The notes below the pieces were generated by a model. That model worked only from the letters and a program-made list of their open reading frames with translations. It was not told where the DNA came from and made no database searches. A stretch of 64,000 nt of DNA from Macrostomum lignano (taxonomy: Eukaryota): NCBI GenBank assembly GCA_002269645.1, contig NIVC01000581.1, positions 124,001 to 188,000 of the forward strand. Reading direction: 5' to 3'. A program made the position numbers and the translations under genes. Of this stretch, positions 23,201 to 34,404 are shown one piece after another (within the stretch, counting starts at the first letter, position 1; every line of letters begins with the position of its first letter).

Positions 23201-25617
23201 GGCAGCGCTTGGCTGAAAACAGAATTGCAGATGCAGGTTCCTTGCGCGCGACATACAGCTCATCATTAGCAGCCTCCCAACCCCTGCAGAACAGCATGCA
23301 GCTCATCATCATTAGCAGCCTCCCAATCCCTGCAGAACAGCATGCAGCTCATCATCATTAGCAGCCTCCCAATCCCTGCAGAGCAGCATGCAGCTCATCA
23401 TCATTAGCAGCCTCCCAATCCCTGCAGAACAGCATGCAGCTCATCATCATTAGCTGCCTCCCAATCCCTGCAGAACAGCATGCAGCTCATCATCATTAGC
23501 AGCCTCCCAATCCCTGCAGAACAGCATGCAGCTCATCATCATTAGCAGCCTCCCAATCCCTGCAGAACAGCATGCAGCTCATCATCATTAGCAGCCTCCC
23601 AATCCCTGCAGAACAGCATGCAGCTCATCATCATTAGCAGCCTCCCAATCCCTGCAGAACAGCATGCAGCTGTACCCTGATCTGCTGGCGATGTTTCCGT
23701 CTATCGCCTCCTCGGCGACAACGAAGGGTGTCGGCGGGTTCGACGTCCGGTTCGACTCGCTGATGAGCGCGGCGCTGGCCCTCAACGAGACGCTGCAGCG
23801 CTCTGAATACACGGAGGCCGTGCAGCTGGCGAACTCATCATTCAAGGCCGAGCTGTTCGCCAGTCTCACGCGGCTGGACTTCCTGGGACTGTCGGTGAGC
23901 TGTGTGACAGGTCTACTCGAGTTTCAAGCGGAAGCATGAGTCATAGGGAAACTAATTGCGGAAGCATGAGTCATAGGGAAACTAATTGCGGAAGCATGAG
24001 TCATAGGGAAACTAATTGCGGAAGCATGAGTCATAGGGAAACTAATTCCGGAAGCATGAGTCATAGGGCCGTATGCAGAAAGCCTAGTCCAGACTAGCTA
24101 GTCCGGACTTGGGTAGTTCAGTCTATAGTCTATGGTCTAGCTACCCTAGCTCTGCTATAGTAGACCGGTCTAACTTTGTGTTTCTGCATACCAAATCCAA
24201 GTCCAGACTAGCTTTTCAAGACCGGACTACCCTAGACAGAGCTTTCTGCATACGGCCCATAGGGAAACTAATTGCGGAAGCATGAGTCATAGGGAAACTA
24301 TTTGCAGTAAACGAAACCAAATTCTCTCCTTCCCAGAGCCGGGTGAAGTTCGATGAGCGGGGCGACCGGTCATCAAAGGTGGAGTTCTACCAGCTGAGAA
24401 GTGCGCACTGCTGCTAAAATGAGGCGCTCGTTTCGAAATCGCATCCGCCATAGCATGTCCAGTTTTATTAATTTGCCCACCCTCAGACGTGACCCGAGAT
24501 CTGGTGGCCAAGTACGACCCGATCAGCCGGAGGATCAGCTGGATCAAGGAACTCTGGTTTTCTGGTACGGCCGATTCCCCGAACTCTAACGAGTCTCTCA
24601 GCTCCCACACTTTCTGACCCCTTCACCCACTTGGAACGAAACAGGCGGGAGTGGCTGTCAATTGTGACCTCAGTTGACCTGCCGGCTCACCTGATTCATT
24701 TGTTCAGGCGGCTCGCCTCCAGTCGACGAACCACAGGTGGAGATTCTCAGCCTGCTGATTGGAAGGCCGGCCGCCATCTCCATCATCTCAGTCTCCTCGC
24801 TGGGCATGGCTCTGTCTGTGGCGGCGGTCGCTGTGAACTTTCACTACAGGAAGCTGCGCCTCATCAAGATGAGCAGCCCGCTGGTGAACAATGTGATTGG
24901 CGCTGGCTGCCTCATGTGCTACGCCTCCTGCATTGTGATGGCCGCGAACTCGCAGTGGTCCACTAGCGCCTTGAAGTGCTGGGCGCAGACGGGTCTGCTG
25001 ACCTTCGGCTACTCCGCCGCCTTCGGCGCCATGCTGGCGAAGACCTGGCGGGTGCACCGCATCTTCACCAACGTCAAGCTGCGCAAAATGGTTGGTGGAA
25101 TGCAACGGGAGAGGCTGATGGGACAGAATTCGGAATAACTGGGTGCAAGATTTGAAGAAGGGAGGGAAGTGGGAGTGAGTGAAGCGAGAGTGAGTAAAGC
25201 AGGAGTGAGTGAAGCGGGAGTGAGTGAGACTGGGAGAGAGTGAAGTGGGAGAGAGTGAAGCGGGAGTGAGTGAGACTGGGAGAGAGTGAAGTGGGAGAGA
25301 GTGAAGCGGGAGAGAGTGAAGTGGGAGAGAGTGAAGCGGGAGAGAGTGAAGCGGGAGAGAGTGAAGCGGGAGCGAGTGAAGCGGGAGAGAGTGAAGCGGG
25401 AGCGAGTGAAGCGGGAGAGAGTGAAGCGGGAGCGAGTGAAGCGGGAGAGAGTGAAGCGGGAGCGAGTGAAGCGGGAGAGAGTGAAGCGGGAGAGAGTGAA
25501 GCGGGAGTGAGTGAAGCGGGAGTGAGTGAAGCGGGAGTGAGTGAAGCGGGAGTGAGTGAAGCGGGAGTGAGTGAAGCGGGAGTGAGTGACGTGGGAGACT
25601 GAAGTGAGAGAGACTGA

Positions 25618-25707
<90 letters not shown>

Positions 25708-28546
25708 TGAGTGAAGCGGGAGTGAGTGAAGCGAGACTGGGAGTGAGTGAAGCAGGAGAGTGAAGCGGGAGCGAGTGGAGTGGGAGTAAGTGAAGCGGGG
25801 GCGAGTGAAGCGGGAGTGAGTGAAGCGGGGGCGAGTGGATTGGGAGTGAGTGAAGCGGGAGCGAGTGAAGCGGGAGAGAGTGAAGCGGGAGCGAGTGAAG
25901 CGGGAGAGAGTGAAGCGGGAGAGAGTGAAGCGGGAGTGAGTGAAGCGGGAGTGAGTGAAGCGGGAGTGAGTGAAGCGGGAGTGAGTGACGTGGGAGACTG
26001 AAGTGAGAGAGACTGAAGTGAGAGAGAGAGAAAGAGAGAGAGTGAGTGAAGCGGGAGTGAGTGAAGCGAGACTGGGAGTGAGTGAAGCAGGAGAGTGAAG
26101 CGGGAGCGAGTGGAGTGGGAGTAAGTGAAGCGGGGCGAGTGAAGCGGGAGTGAGTGAAGCGGGGGCGAGTGGATTGGGAGTGAGTGAAGCGGGAGCGAGT
26201 GGAGTGGGAGTGAGTGAAGCGGGAGTGAGTGAAGCGGGGGTGAGTGAGACTGGGACTGGGACAGACAAGGGCCATCCGCTTCCGCAGGCCATCAAGGACT
26301 CGCACCTGTTCGCGGTGATTCTGCTGCTGCTGGTCACTGACGCCATCGTCCTGACCGCCTGGGGAATCGCGGACCCGCTCAAGATGCAGAGGGTTTTCCT
26401 GTCGTCAACCGTGAGTGCCAAGAGGTTTTCACTAAAGCCAAGGCTAACAACAGGTTGCTCATAATGAGTTCGAATGAATTTCCCAGGAGGCGGAGGACGG
26501 CACCGTGCGACGCCTGGAAGTTGCGAAGTGCGCATCGGAGCGGCTGAACGTGTGGCTCGGCGTTCTCATCGGCATCAAAGGTACATGCAAGCCATAGAGA
26601 CAGCGCATAGCTCTTGACCTGCAGCCTGGCAAGGGCAGGGGGCGTCGCCATAGATTTATAAGGTGGGAGGACAAAAGCAGAAGTTGGCGTCCACAGCGCT
26701 GCAGGCGCGAGATTGAAATCAGCCTCATAGGCGGAGATTTGGCTCTTGTTAAATGTATTCATAGCATGGTAGCTGAGTGCAGGTAGGTGTCAAGTTTTCG
26801 AATTAAGGCTATTGATAGCAAGTTTAGAATTTTTTAGCTTTGGGAAGCTCTGCTGTCTGAATGTATGACCGCTGCATGACCGCTGCATGACAGGCCTAAT
26901 GCTGGTGGTGGCGCTGATCTTCGCCTGGGAGACCCGCGGCGTTCAGCTGGAGGCGCTCAACGACTCCAAGACCATCGGAGTCTGTGTGTACAACACCACA
27001 GTGATGGGGCTGATCGGCGTGGCGCTGCTCTTCGTGCTGCCAGACTCCGGCCAGAACCTGCGCGTCATCTTGCTGGCGGCCTGCATCATCTTGTGCGCCA
27101 CCACCACCCTGCTGCTGGTATTCGGCAGCAAGGTGAGGCCGCACGGGTGCTCAGTCTGGGACGACTCAACTCACTCTATCAGCTACATGTAACTCATGAG
27201 CTCTCTCCCTATCAGCTAGCTCCTCATGAGCTCTCTCTCTCTCTCTCTCTCTATCAGCTAGCTCCTCATGAGCTCTCTCTCTCTCTCTATCAGCTAGCTC
27301 CTCATGAGCTCTCTCTCTATCAGCTAGCTCCTCATGAGCTCTCTCCCTATCAGCTAGCTCCTCATGAGCTCTCTCTCTATCAGCTAGCTCCTCATGAGCT
27401 CTCTCTCTATCAGCTAGCTCCTCATGAGCTCTCTCTCTATCAGCTAGCTCCTCATGAGCTCTCTCTCTCTCTCTCTCTATCAGCTAGCTTCTCATGAGCT
27501 CTCTCTCTCTCTCTATCAGCTAGCTTCTCATGAGCTCTCTCTCTCTATCTATCAGCTAGCTCCTCATGAGCTCTCTCTCTCTCTCTCTCTCTATCAGCTA
27601 GCTCCTCATGAGCTCTCTCTCTATCAGCTAGCTTCTCATGAGCTCTCTCTCTATCAGCTAGCTTCTCATGAGCTCTCTCTCTCTCCCTATCAGCTAGCTC
27701 CTCATGAGCTCTCTCTCTATCAGCTAGCTCCTCATGAGCTCTCTCTCTATCAGCTAGCTCCTCATGAGCTCTCTCTCTATCAGCTAGCTCCTCATGAGCT
27801 CTCTCTCTCTCTCTATCAGCTAGCTCCTCATGAGCTCACTCTACCAGCTATACTAGCTCCTCATGAGCTCAATTACCAGCTAGCTCCTCATGAGCTCACT
27901 CTACCAGCTATACTAGCTCCTCATGAGCTCACTTTACCAGCTAGCTCCTCATGAGCTCACTCTACCAGCTATACTAGCTTCTCATGAGCTCACTTTACCA
28001 GCTATACTAGCTCCTCATGAGCTCACTTTACCAGCTAGCTCCTCATGAGCTCACTCTGTACCAGCTAGCTCCTCATGAGCTCACTTTACCAGCTAGCTCC
28101 TCATGAGCTCACTTTACCAGCTAGCTCCTCATGAGCTCACTTTACCAGCTAGCTCCTCATGAGCTCACTTTACCAGCTAGCTCCTCATGAGCTCTCTCCC
28201 TACCAGCTAGCTCCTCATGAGCTCACTTTACCAGCTAGCTCCTCATGAGCTCACTTTACCAGCTAGCTCCTCATGAGCTCACTCTGTACCAGCTAGCTCC
28301 TCATGAGCTCACTCTGCCAGCTTACTCCGGACTTGTTCTTCAGCACTAGAATTCAATCACGCGGCTGTCAGAATTTCAATTTCAGGAAAATGCTGTGCAA
28401 TAATCAGTGTACGAGCACTGGCAGCAGCCTAACCCCGCCATCTTACACCGCAGGTCTACCTGCTGGCGAAGTTCGGGCCGGCAGTTGTTGAGAGAATGGC
28501 CGCCGCCCAAGGCTCGGTCGGTTTGGCCATGGCCAGCAGGCCGTGA
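20237..28546 (+). CDS. GABA-B-receptor-like class C GPCR (signal peptide, Venus flytrap, 7TM, very short tail); 14 exons, about 736 aa
   Basis: Exons 20237-20461, 21251-21388, 21600-21770, 22475-22576, 22672-22746, 23009-23197, 23658-23894, 24337-24400, 24487-24564, 24708-25090, 26288-26410, 26487-26580, 26894-27132 and 28454-28546, all phase-consistent. Motifs SPTLSDRSKYPFYFR, IKMSSPLVNN, FGAMLAKTWRVHRIF, FAWETR...LNDSKTIG.CVYN; no cysteine-rich domain, as in GABA-B receptors. Confidence 0.9.
20590..21155. repeat. About 22-bp minisatellite with a recurring longer block, GPCR intron 1
   Basis: GGCGCCACACCTGCTGTGAAGG units; the GAGGGGTCGGCACA.ATTTCGTG block recurs three times. Confidence 0.9.
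21365..21500 (+). repeat. 31-bp repeat containing the exon-2 end plus splice donor (four donors)
   Basis: CCTGCCGCAG|GTGAGG at 21389, 21420, 21451 and 21482. Confidence 0.9.
21850..22430. repeat. Compound 16-bp (GACCCAGTGCAACCTA) and 13-bp (GACCCAGCCACCA) array, GPCR intron 3
   Basis: Adjacent arrays share the GACCCAG core. Confidence 0.95.
23256..23670 (+). repeat. 46-bp repeat containing the splice acceptor plus the exon-7 start (nine acceptors)
   Basis: CCCTGCAG|AACAGCATGCAGCT every 46 bp from 23289 to 23657. Confidence 0.9.
23928..24300. repeat. 30-bp array (GCGGAAGCATGAGTCATAGGGAAACTAATT) interrupted by a MITE
   Basis: About 4.6 units before and about 1.4 units after the insertion. 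Confidence 0.9.
24066..24258. mobile_element. 193-bp MITE, PIF/Harbinger (Tourist)-like
   Basis: Perfect 18-bp TIR GGGCCGTATGCAGAAAGC; 3-bp duplication ATA (24063-24065 and 24259-24261); the empty site is visible in neighbouring array units. Confidence 0.85.
25165..26250. repeat. 15-bp GAGWGTGAAGCGGGA array with (GA)n tracts, GPCR intron 10
   Basis: Tandem units; a (GA)n-containing block occurs twice. Confidence 0.95.
27170..28320. repeat. About 30-bp array (TATCAGCTAGCTCCTCATGAGCTCTCTCTC) with variable (CT)n, GPCR intron 13
   Basis: Tandem units grading into a CACTTTACCAGCTAGCTCCTCATGAGCT variant. Confidence 0.95.
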
Positions 28547-28571
28547 TGCAAAGCAGCCGTATAAACAATGA

Positions 28572-28577
28572 AATAAA
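28572..28577 (+). terminator. AATAAA poly(A) signal of the GPCR gene
   Basis: About 25 nt after the TGA. Confidence 0.6.
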
Positions 28578-28811
28578 ACTATCTGAACTATGCTACTGGA
28601 ATTTCAACAGCAAGCAGTAGTATGACGGACAAAATTAGCTAGTTTTCTGCACCACCTGCCCATAGCTGCATGCACTCTTACGAGCGTAGAATATAGATTT
28701 TAAACCCTTGCGTGGGAGCAATTCGTTGCGCAAGGCGGATTAAATACACAGGAGAGCTTTCCCTGCTTCTGGCTTGACTCCGGCATACAGAAAAACTGAC
28801 TGCCTTGCTGT

Positions 28812-29122
28812 ACTCACTGAAGCACTGAGGGGGGGAGCAGCGGAGCTCACTGAAGCACTGAGGGGGGGGGAGGGCTGCGGAGCTCACTGAAGCACTGGGG
28901 GAGGGCTGTGGAGCTCACTGAAGCACTGGGGGGAGGGCTGTGGAGCTCACTGAAGCACTGGGGGGAGGGCTGCGGAGCTCACTGAAGCACTGGGGGGAGG
29001 GCTGCGGAGCTCACTGAAGCACTGGGGGGAGGGCTGCGGAGCTCACTGAAGCACTGGGGGGAGGGCTGCGGAGCTCACTGAAGCACTGGGGGGAGGGCTG
29101 CGGAGCTCACTGAAGCACTGGG
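28812..29122. repeat. 31/32-bp minisatellite (GGAGCTCACTGAAGCACTGGGGGAGGGCTGC)
   Basis: About 10 units. Confidence 0.95.
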
Positions 29123-29144
29123 GCAGCAACAGCAGTCACTGAAA

Positions 29145-29455
29145 GTATAATAATAAATGATAACAATTCTAGCACACCTAGAAGGCAGATGTGCAACCGA
29201 CAGCTCAACCGCAGCTATTACGCGGCGCATCTGAAGGCTGCGTACGGCTGTTCAGTCCAAGGACTGGTGGGTCGCCACACACACCCCTCTCGATTACCCC
29301 AGCTAATGCTGGCACCCATTTTACAGCTGGATGAACTGAAGCAATGCAGAGTTAATTGTCTTGCTCAAGGACACAAATTGTTCCAGTAAGATTTAGAATC
29401 GAACCCCCGACCTGCAAGTCGTGAGTCGGACGCCCTGACCACTAGGCTACACCCC
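29145..29455 (-). mobile_element. tRNA-derived SINE with a CORE-like central domain
   Basis: The minus strand starts GGGGTGTAGCCTAGTGG (A box)...GGTTCGATTC (B box). 29315-29374 resembles the MIR/CORE consensus as I recall it (CCCATTTTACAG...GTTAA.TG.CTTGC.CAAGG.CAC). AT-rich (ATT)n-like tail. Confidence 0.75.
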
Positions 29456-29892
29456 GTTAGAAAGTACGCAAAGACACGGGAGCAGAACGCTTACCAATTT
29501 TATCCTTAAGATCACAAAATGTCACGGCGAAAAAAGACAATTACAGATCTTCGAATTTCATTCCACTTGTATAATTGACCGCATAAAAACCACCCAGATC
29601 TTTAATAAAGAGCAAACTCAGTGCTATTCAAAATATAGGAATCAAAGACGGGCACGGGAGCAGCACATCATGGCAAACATGCAGTGGGAGGGCAGGAAAC
29701 AGACAGCAATGCAAATGCGAGCCTGCACCCTGAATGGAGCATCGAGCTGGTCAAACGAATATTCTGAGCAGTCCGCGACCAGAATGACAGAGAAGGCTGA
29801 CATGGCAATGAGGCACTCGGATTTACGAAATCAAATTTCATGTTACAATGCGCAGCAGTCACGAACGAAAGTGCATCAAGAACTCATGCTGG

Positions 29893-32800
29893 TCACGTAC
29901 AGGCGGCCTGAGGCTGCCGAAGACTCGCGCAGGCAGGCGAAGGGTCCGCAGTGGCCGACTCGCGAGGCATCGGCTCTGAGTCAGCGGGCACCGGCTCAGC
30001 GGGCACCGGCTCAGCAGATACCGGCTCAGCAGATACTGGCTCAGCGGGCACCGGCTCAGCAGATACTGGCTCAGCGGGCACCGGCTCAGCAGATACCGGC
30101 TCAGCGGGCACCGGCTCAGCGGGCACCAGCTCAGCGGGCACCGGCTCAGCAGACACTGACTCAGCAGGCACCGGCTCAGCGGGCACCAACTCAGCAGATA
30201 CCGGCTCAGCGGGCACCGGCTCAGCAGATACCGGCTCAGCGGGCACCGGCTCAGCGGGCACCAACTCAGCAGATACCGGCTCAGCGGGCACCGGCTCAGC
30301 GGGCACCGGCTCAGCAGGCACCGGCTCAGCGGGCACAAACCCAGAAGTCGCGGACTCCGCCGGTTGCGAGTCTCCAGCCGATGTCTCAGGGCCAATCCTG
30401 GCATAGAACAGCAGGTAGGCCTCCGCGTTCAGCGCCTGAGCCTCTGAGGCGGGAGACACGTGCGAGTCGCTGATGTGGTACCAGCGGCCGGACTGGGCGC
30501 ACACGTAGGCGGTGTAGTGACCGCCGGCCAGGCTGCCGGAGTGCTCAACAATTGAGCAGAGCTGGAAATCAATCAGCTGGCCGGAAGCAACAGCGAGGCG
30601 CAGCAGCAGCGGGCAGCGGATGTGGCTGCCCGACTTGCGCAGCTGGCGACCCTGCTGGGCGAAGCGCTTCAACTGCAGCGTCAGCAGCCGCGGCGGCTGG
30701 TCGATGAGCAGCCGCTTGCTGTGATCAGTGGAGGCGCCGCAGCCTTCGCAGCGAACCCGGTTGCCAGCGGTGAGCAACTCGGCGGCAGTGAACTGGAACA
30801 GGCAGTGCTCCAGCGTGCCAGGTGGGGGCAACGGCTCTGACCGCAAAGGCTGCGACGCTGACGGAGGCGCTTTAGTCGAAGCCTTATTGTCTGTCTCCTC
30901 GGGTTCGCTGCTGTCCGCCAGGCAGCCCTCCAGCGTGTCCGTGCGGTTCAGCAGCTCCGGCGTGCCGGACTCCGCCTCCATGCCGGAGTCCACGTCGCTG
31001 CGAGCGTCCTGGACAGCTTTCTCTTTTGAAGCATCCTGCTGAGCCTCCTTCACCACCGACTCCTCAGCTGCCGGCTTCTCTACACCCGCCTCCTTCATCT
31101 CCAACTCCTCATCTGCCGGCTTCTCTGCACCCGCCTCCTTCATCTCCAACTCCTCAGCTGCCAGCTTCTCCGCACCCGCCTCCTTCATCTCCGACTCCTC
31201 AGCTGCCGGCTTCTCTACACCCGCCTCCTTCATCTCCAACTCCTCATCTGCCGGCTTCTCTGCACCCGCCTCCTTCATCTCCAACTCCTCAGCTGCCAGC
31301 TTCTCCGCACCCGCCTCCTTCATCTCCGACTCCTCAGCTGCCGGCTTCTCTGCACCCGCCTCCTTCATCTCCGACTCCTCAGCTGCCGGCTTCTCCGCAC
31401 CCGCCTCCTTCATCTCCGACTCCTCAGCTGCCGGCTTCTCTGAACCCGCCTCCTTCATCTCCGACTCCTCAGCTGCCGGCTTCTCCGCACCTTTGCCCGC
31501 GCTCCCGTCGGCCTTGTCGGGATTCTCAACGGCGCGGGAGTCCAGCTCCGCCTTCTCAATCTCAGGCTCGTCCGCCTTATCACCCAGGGTGAGGCTTTCC
31601 AGCTTCTTCTCCGCCTCCATCTCGTCCAGCCGGCCCTTCTCAATCTGCTGCTGCCGCTGCTGCTTGGCCGCGCGCTTCTGCTGCTTTTTGGTGAGCCGCT
31701 GCTGGCGCCGGTTCTTCTCCCGCAGATGCTTCGGGTCGGGGGTCCTGGCTGTGGACGAAGTCGAAGGCGACACAGAGCGCGGCGCCGCCGAAGGCCGGTG
31801 GTGGACGGTCTCGGTGATGGGCAGCATGAGGTCCTGGAATATCTCTGGCGTACGGGACGCCCTGCCGCACTGCAGGCAGACCAGCTCGGAGACCAGGCGG
31901 CCGGAGAACTCGGCGTCAATCACCGTGCTGTCCCTGGCGCTGTGGTTGAGGGCGCGAGCTCGATCCCGTAGCTCCTGCGGCACCTGCAGTGACGGAGAAG
32001 GTAAAATATGCTGAGTCATGAGTTCAACGGGCTTGGGTGCTCCGTACCGCTCAATAAGTATGGAAAGGGAAACTGCAGCTTGGGAAACACCGCTGCAAAA
32101 ATTGCCCTCATCCTGACATGGTGAGGATGATGTCATGATGTGACATGGTGAGGATGATGTGACATGGTGAGGATGATGTGACAAGGTGAGGGATGATATG
32201 ACATGGTGAGGGATCATGTGACATGGTGAGGATGATGTGACATGGTGAGGATGATGTGACATGGTGAGGAATGATGTGACATGGTGAGGATGATGTGACA
32301 TGGTGAGGATGATGTGACATGGTGAGGGATCATGTGACATGGTGAGGATGATGTGACATGGTGAGGGATCATGTGACATGGTGAGGATGATGTGACAAGG
32401 TGAGGGATGATATGACATGGTGAGGGATCATGTGACATGGTGAGGATGATGTGACATGGTGAGGATGATGTGACATGGTGAGGAATGATGTGACATGGTG
32501 AGGATGATGTGACATGGTGAGGATGATGTGACATGGTGAGGGATCATGTGACATGGTGAGGATGATGTGACATGGTGAGGGATCATGTGACATGGTGAGG
32601 ATGATGTGACATGGTGAGGGATCATGTGACATGGTGAGGGATCATGTGACATGGTGAGGATCATGTGACATGGTGAGGATGATGTGACATGGTGAGGGAT
32701 CATGTGACATGGTGAGGATCATGTGACATGGTGAGGATGATGTGACATGGTGAGGGATGATGTGACATGGTGAGGATGATGTGACATGGTGAGGGATCAT

Positions 32801-34003
32801 GTGACATGGTGAGGGATTATGTGACATGGTGAGGATCATGTGACATGGTGAGGATGATGTGACATGGTGAGGGATCATGTGACATGGTGAGGGATCATGT
32901 GACATGGTGAGGATGATGTGACATGGTGAGCAGGTGGCTCATCAGCTTTTGCTTTTGCAATTCGTGATCCCCACAGGCACAAAAAGCAACTCATTTAGCG
33001 CAGACTATGAATTCGGGGAGACTCACCTGCTTGGGATCGGAGCCCTTGCCGAGTCCCAGGCTGGCCAGGATGGCCGTCTGGATGCGCCGCACCTCCTCGG
33101 TCTTGGAGGCGTCCAGCAGCGTCCTCAGCAGCTCGTGCGCGTCCTGCTGCTGGCGGCCCCGGAAGCGGGGGTTCCGCTCCATCACCTGGCCGAGCAGGTC
33201 GGACGGCCGGTGTGGCGCCTGCTGGCCGCTGCGGATGGCCGCCAGGGAGGCCGCCAAGCACTTCGTGGTCCGGCCGGCTGGCTCGGTGAGGCGCAGCCGC
33301 AGCGGCTCGGCTCCGGCCGGCAGCGTCAGCTCGCCAGAGGCGGCGACCGCGTGCTGTGCGAGCAGATCGGCCAGGCCGGGCAGGTGGGCGAGGCACTGCA
33401 GGATGGAGTTGAAGAAGCAGGTGTTGCCCAGGTTCGACAAGCCGCGGCACTCCCGCCCGGCGGCGGCGGAGACAGCACGACGCCCGTCAGCAGCGGCGGC
33501 AGCCGGCAGGGCGGCCAAGCGGTCGGCGTGGCAGCGCAGCAGGTTGCAGGCGGTGGCGAACTCGCCGGAGCCGCTGGTGGGCAGTTCGCGGTCGCAGACG
33601 TAGCACCAGGCCTGGGGAGGCAGCAGGATGGAGCAGAGCAGTCAGGGAGGGCGTCTTAAAAATTTCTATGCGCCCAGACCGACGGAGAAAAAATGGCGTC
33701 ACTTACCTGCAGCTGGTCCATCGACACAGCGACCGGATGACTGGCTGTTTTGAAGTGCTTCAGCGCCTGTCGGCAGTCGGTGTAGCGGCCGCAGCCTGTG
33801 GCGGCGCAGCGCAGGCAGAGCCAGAGCCCGCCGGTGGCGCCGCCAGCGCAGCCGTCACAAACCGGCCTGCACGGCTGCGCGTCCGCCGTGCCGCCGAGCT
33901 GGCGGAGCGTCTTGCGGACCGCGGCCAGGTCCACCCCGGCTTGGAGGTGCGGGCAGCGGCCGCCGCCAGCCGGTGCTGCTGACTGGCGCTTCTTTTTTGG
34001 CAT
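29893..34003 (-). CDS. USP16: Ubiquitin-specific protease USP16/USP45 family (ZnF-UBP + USP domain); 3 exons, about 990 aa
   Basis: Exons 34003-33707, 33611-33027 and 31983-29893 (phase 0, 0). ZnF-UBP CPHL...WLCLRC...GCGR...A.KHF...H; Cys box GLSNLGNTCFFNS; QQDAHELL; His box HSGSLAGGHYTAYV; WYHISDS. USP16 versus USP45 not resolvable by eye. Confidence 0.9.
29980..30336 (-). repeat. 15-bp coding repeat (EPVPA/EPVSA, about 24 copies) in the USP C-terminus
   Basis: In frame within ORF 29893..32418. Confidence 0.9.
31058..31490 (-). repeat. 45-bp coding repeat (EMKEAGAEKPAAEES, about 9-10 copies) inside the USP catalytic-domain insertion
   Basis: In frame between QDLMLPI and the TLEHCL/LLTAGN region. 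Confidence 0.9.
32112..32930. repeat. 19/20-bp array (TGACATGGTGAGG(G)ATCATG / ATGATG), USP intron 2
   Basis: About 40 units. Confidence 0.95.
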
Positions 34004-34404
34004 TGCGGGTGGGGCTGCAAGAGACGCATTGAGGCTGGCTTATTACTGATGTCGCGACTTTCTTAGTCATTTCTTTATTCAACTTCACTCGTCCCTGTTT
34101 ACTCTGTTCTTTCTCTCTCTGCCTAGTTCAATCTTGCTATTCTTATCTCTCTCTCCCTCGCCGCCTTCTGATTGGCTCTCCATTCTCGCCTCTCTCTTTA
34201 GTCGCGCACTCCACCCCTCTCTTTACGAGTATTATTCTGGGCTCAACCCCCCTCCTTAAGTTAGTTTTATGAATACATTGGTTTGGGCCCTGCGCCCACT
34301 TACTGCTCCTTTCAGTGTTACAATTCAATTCAACTCTTATTTAAATATTCTTTAGTTTAGATCTATTCCTCTCTTTACAACTGATGACATCGTGCGGCTT
34401 CGTG

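Noticed and set aside
31984-32418. N-terminal part of the 841-aa ORF (MSYHPSPCH...)
   Set aside because: Read-through into USP intron 2 and its array; the true exon starts at CAG|GTG 31983
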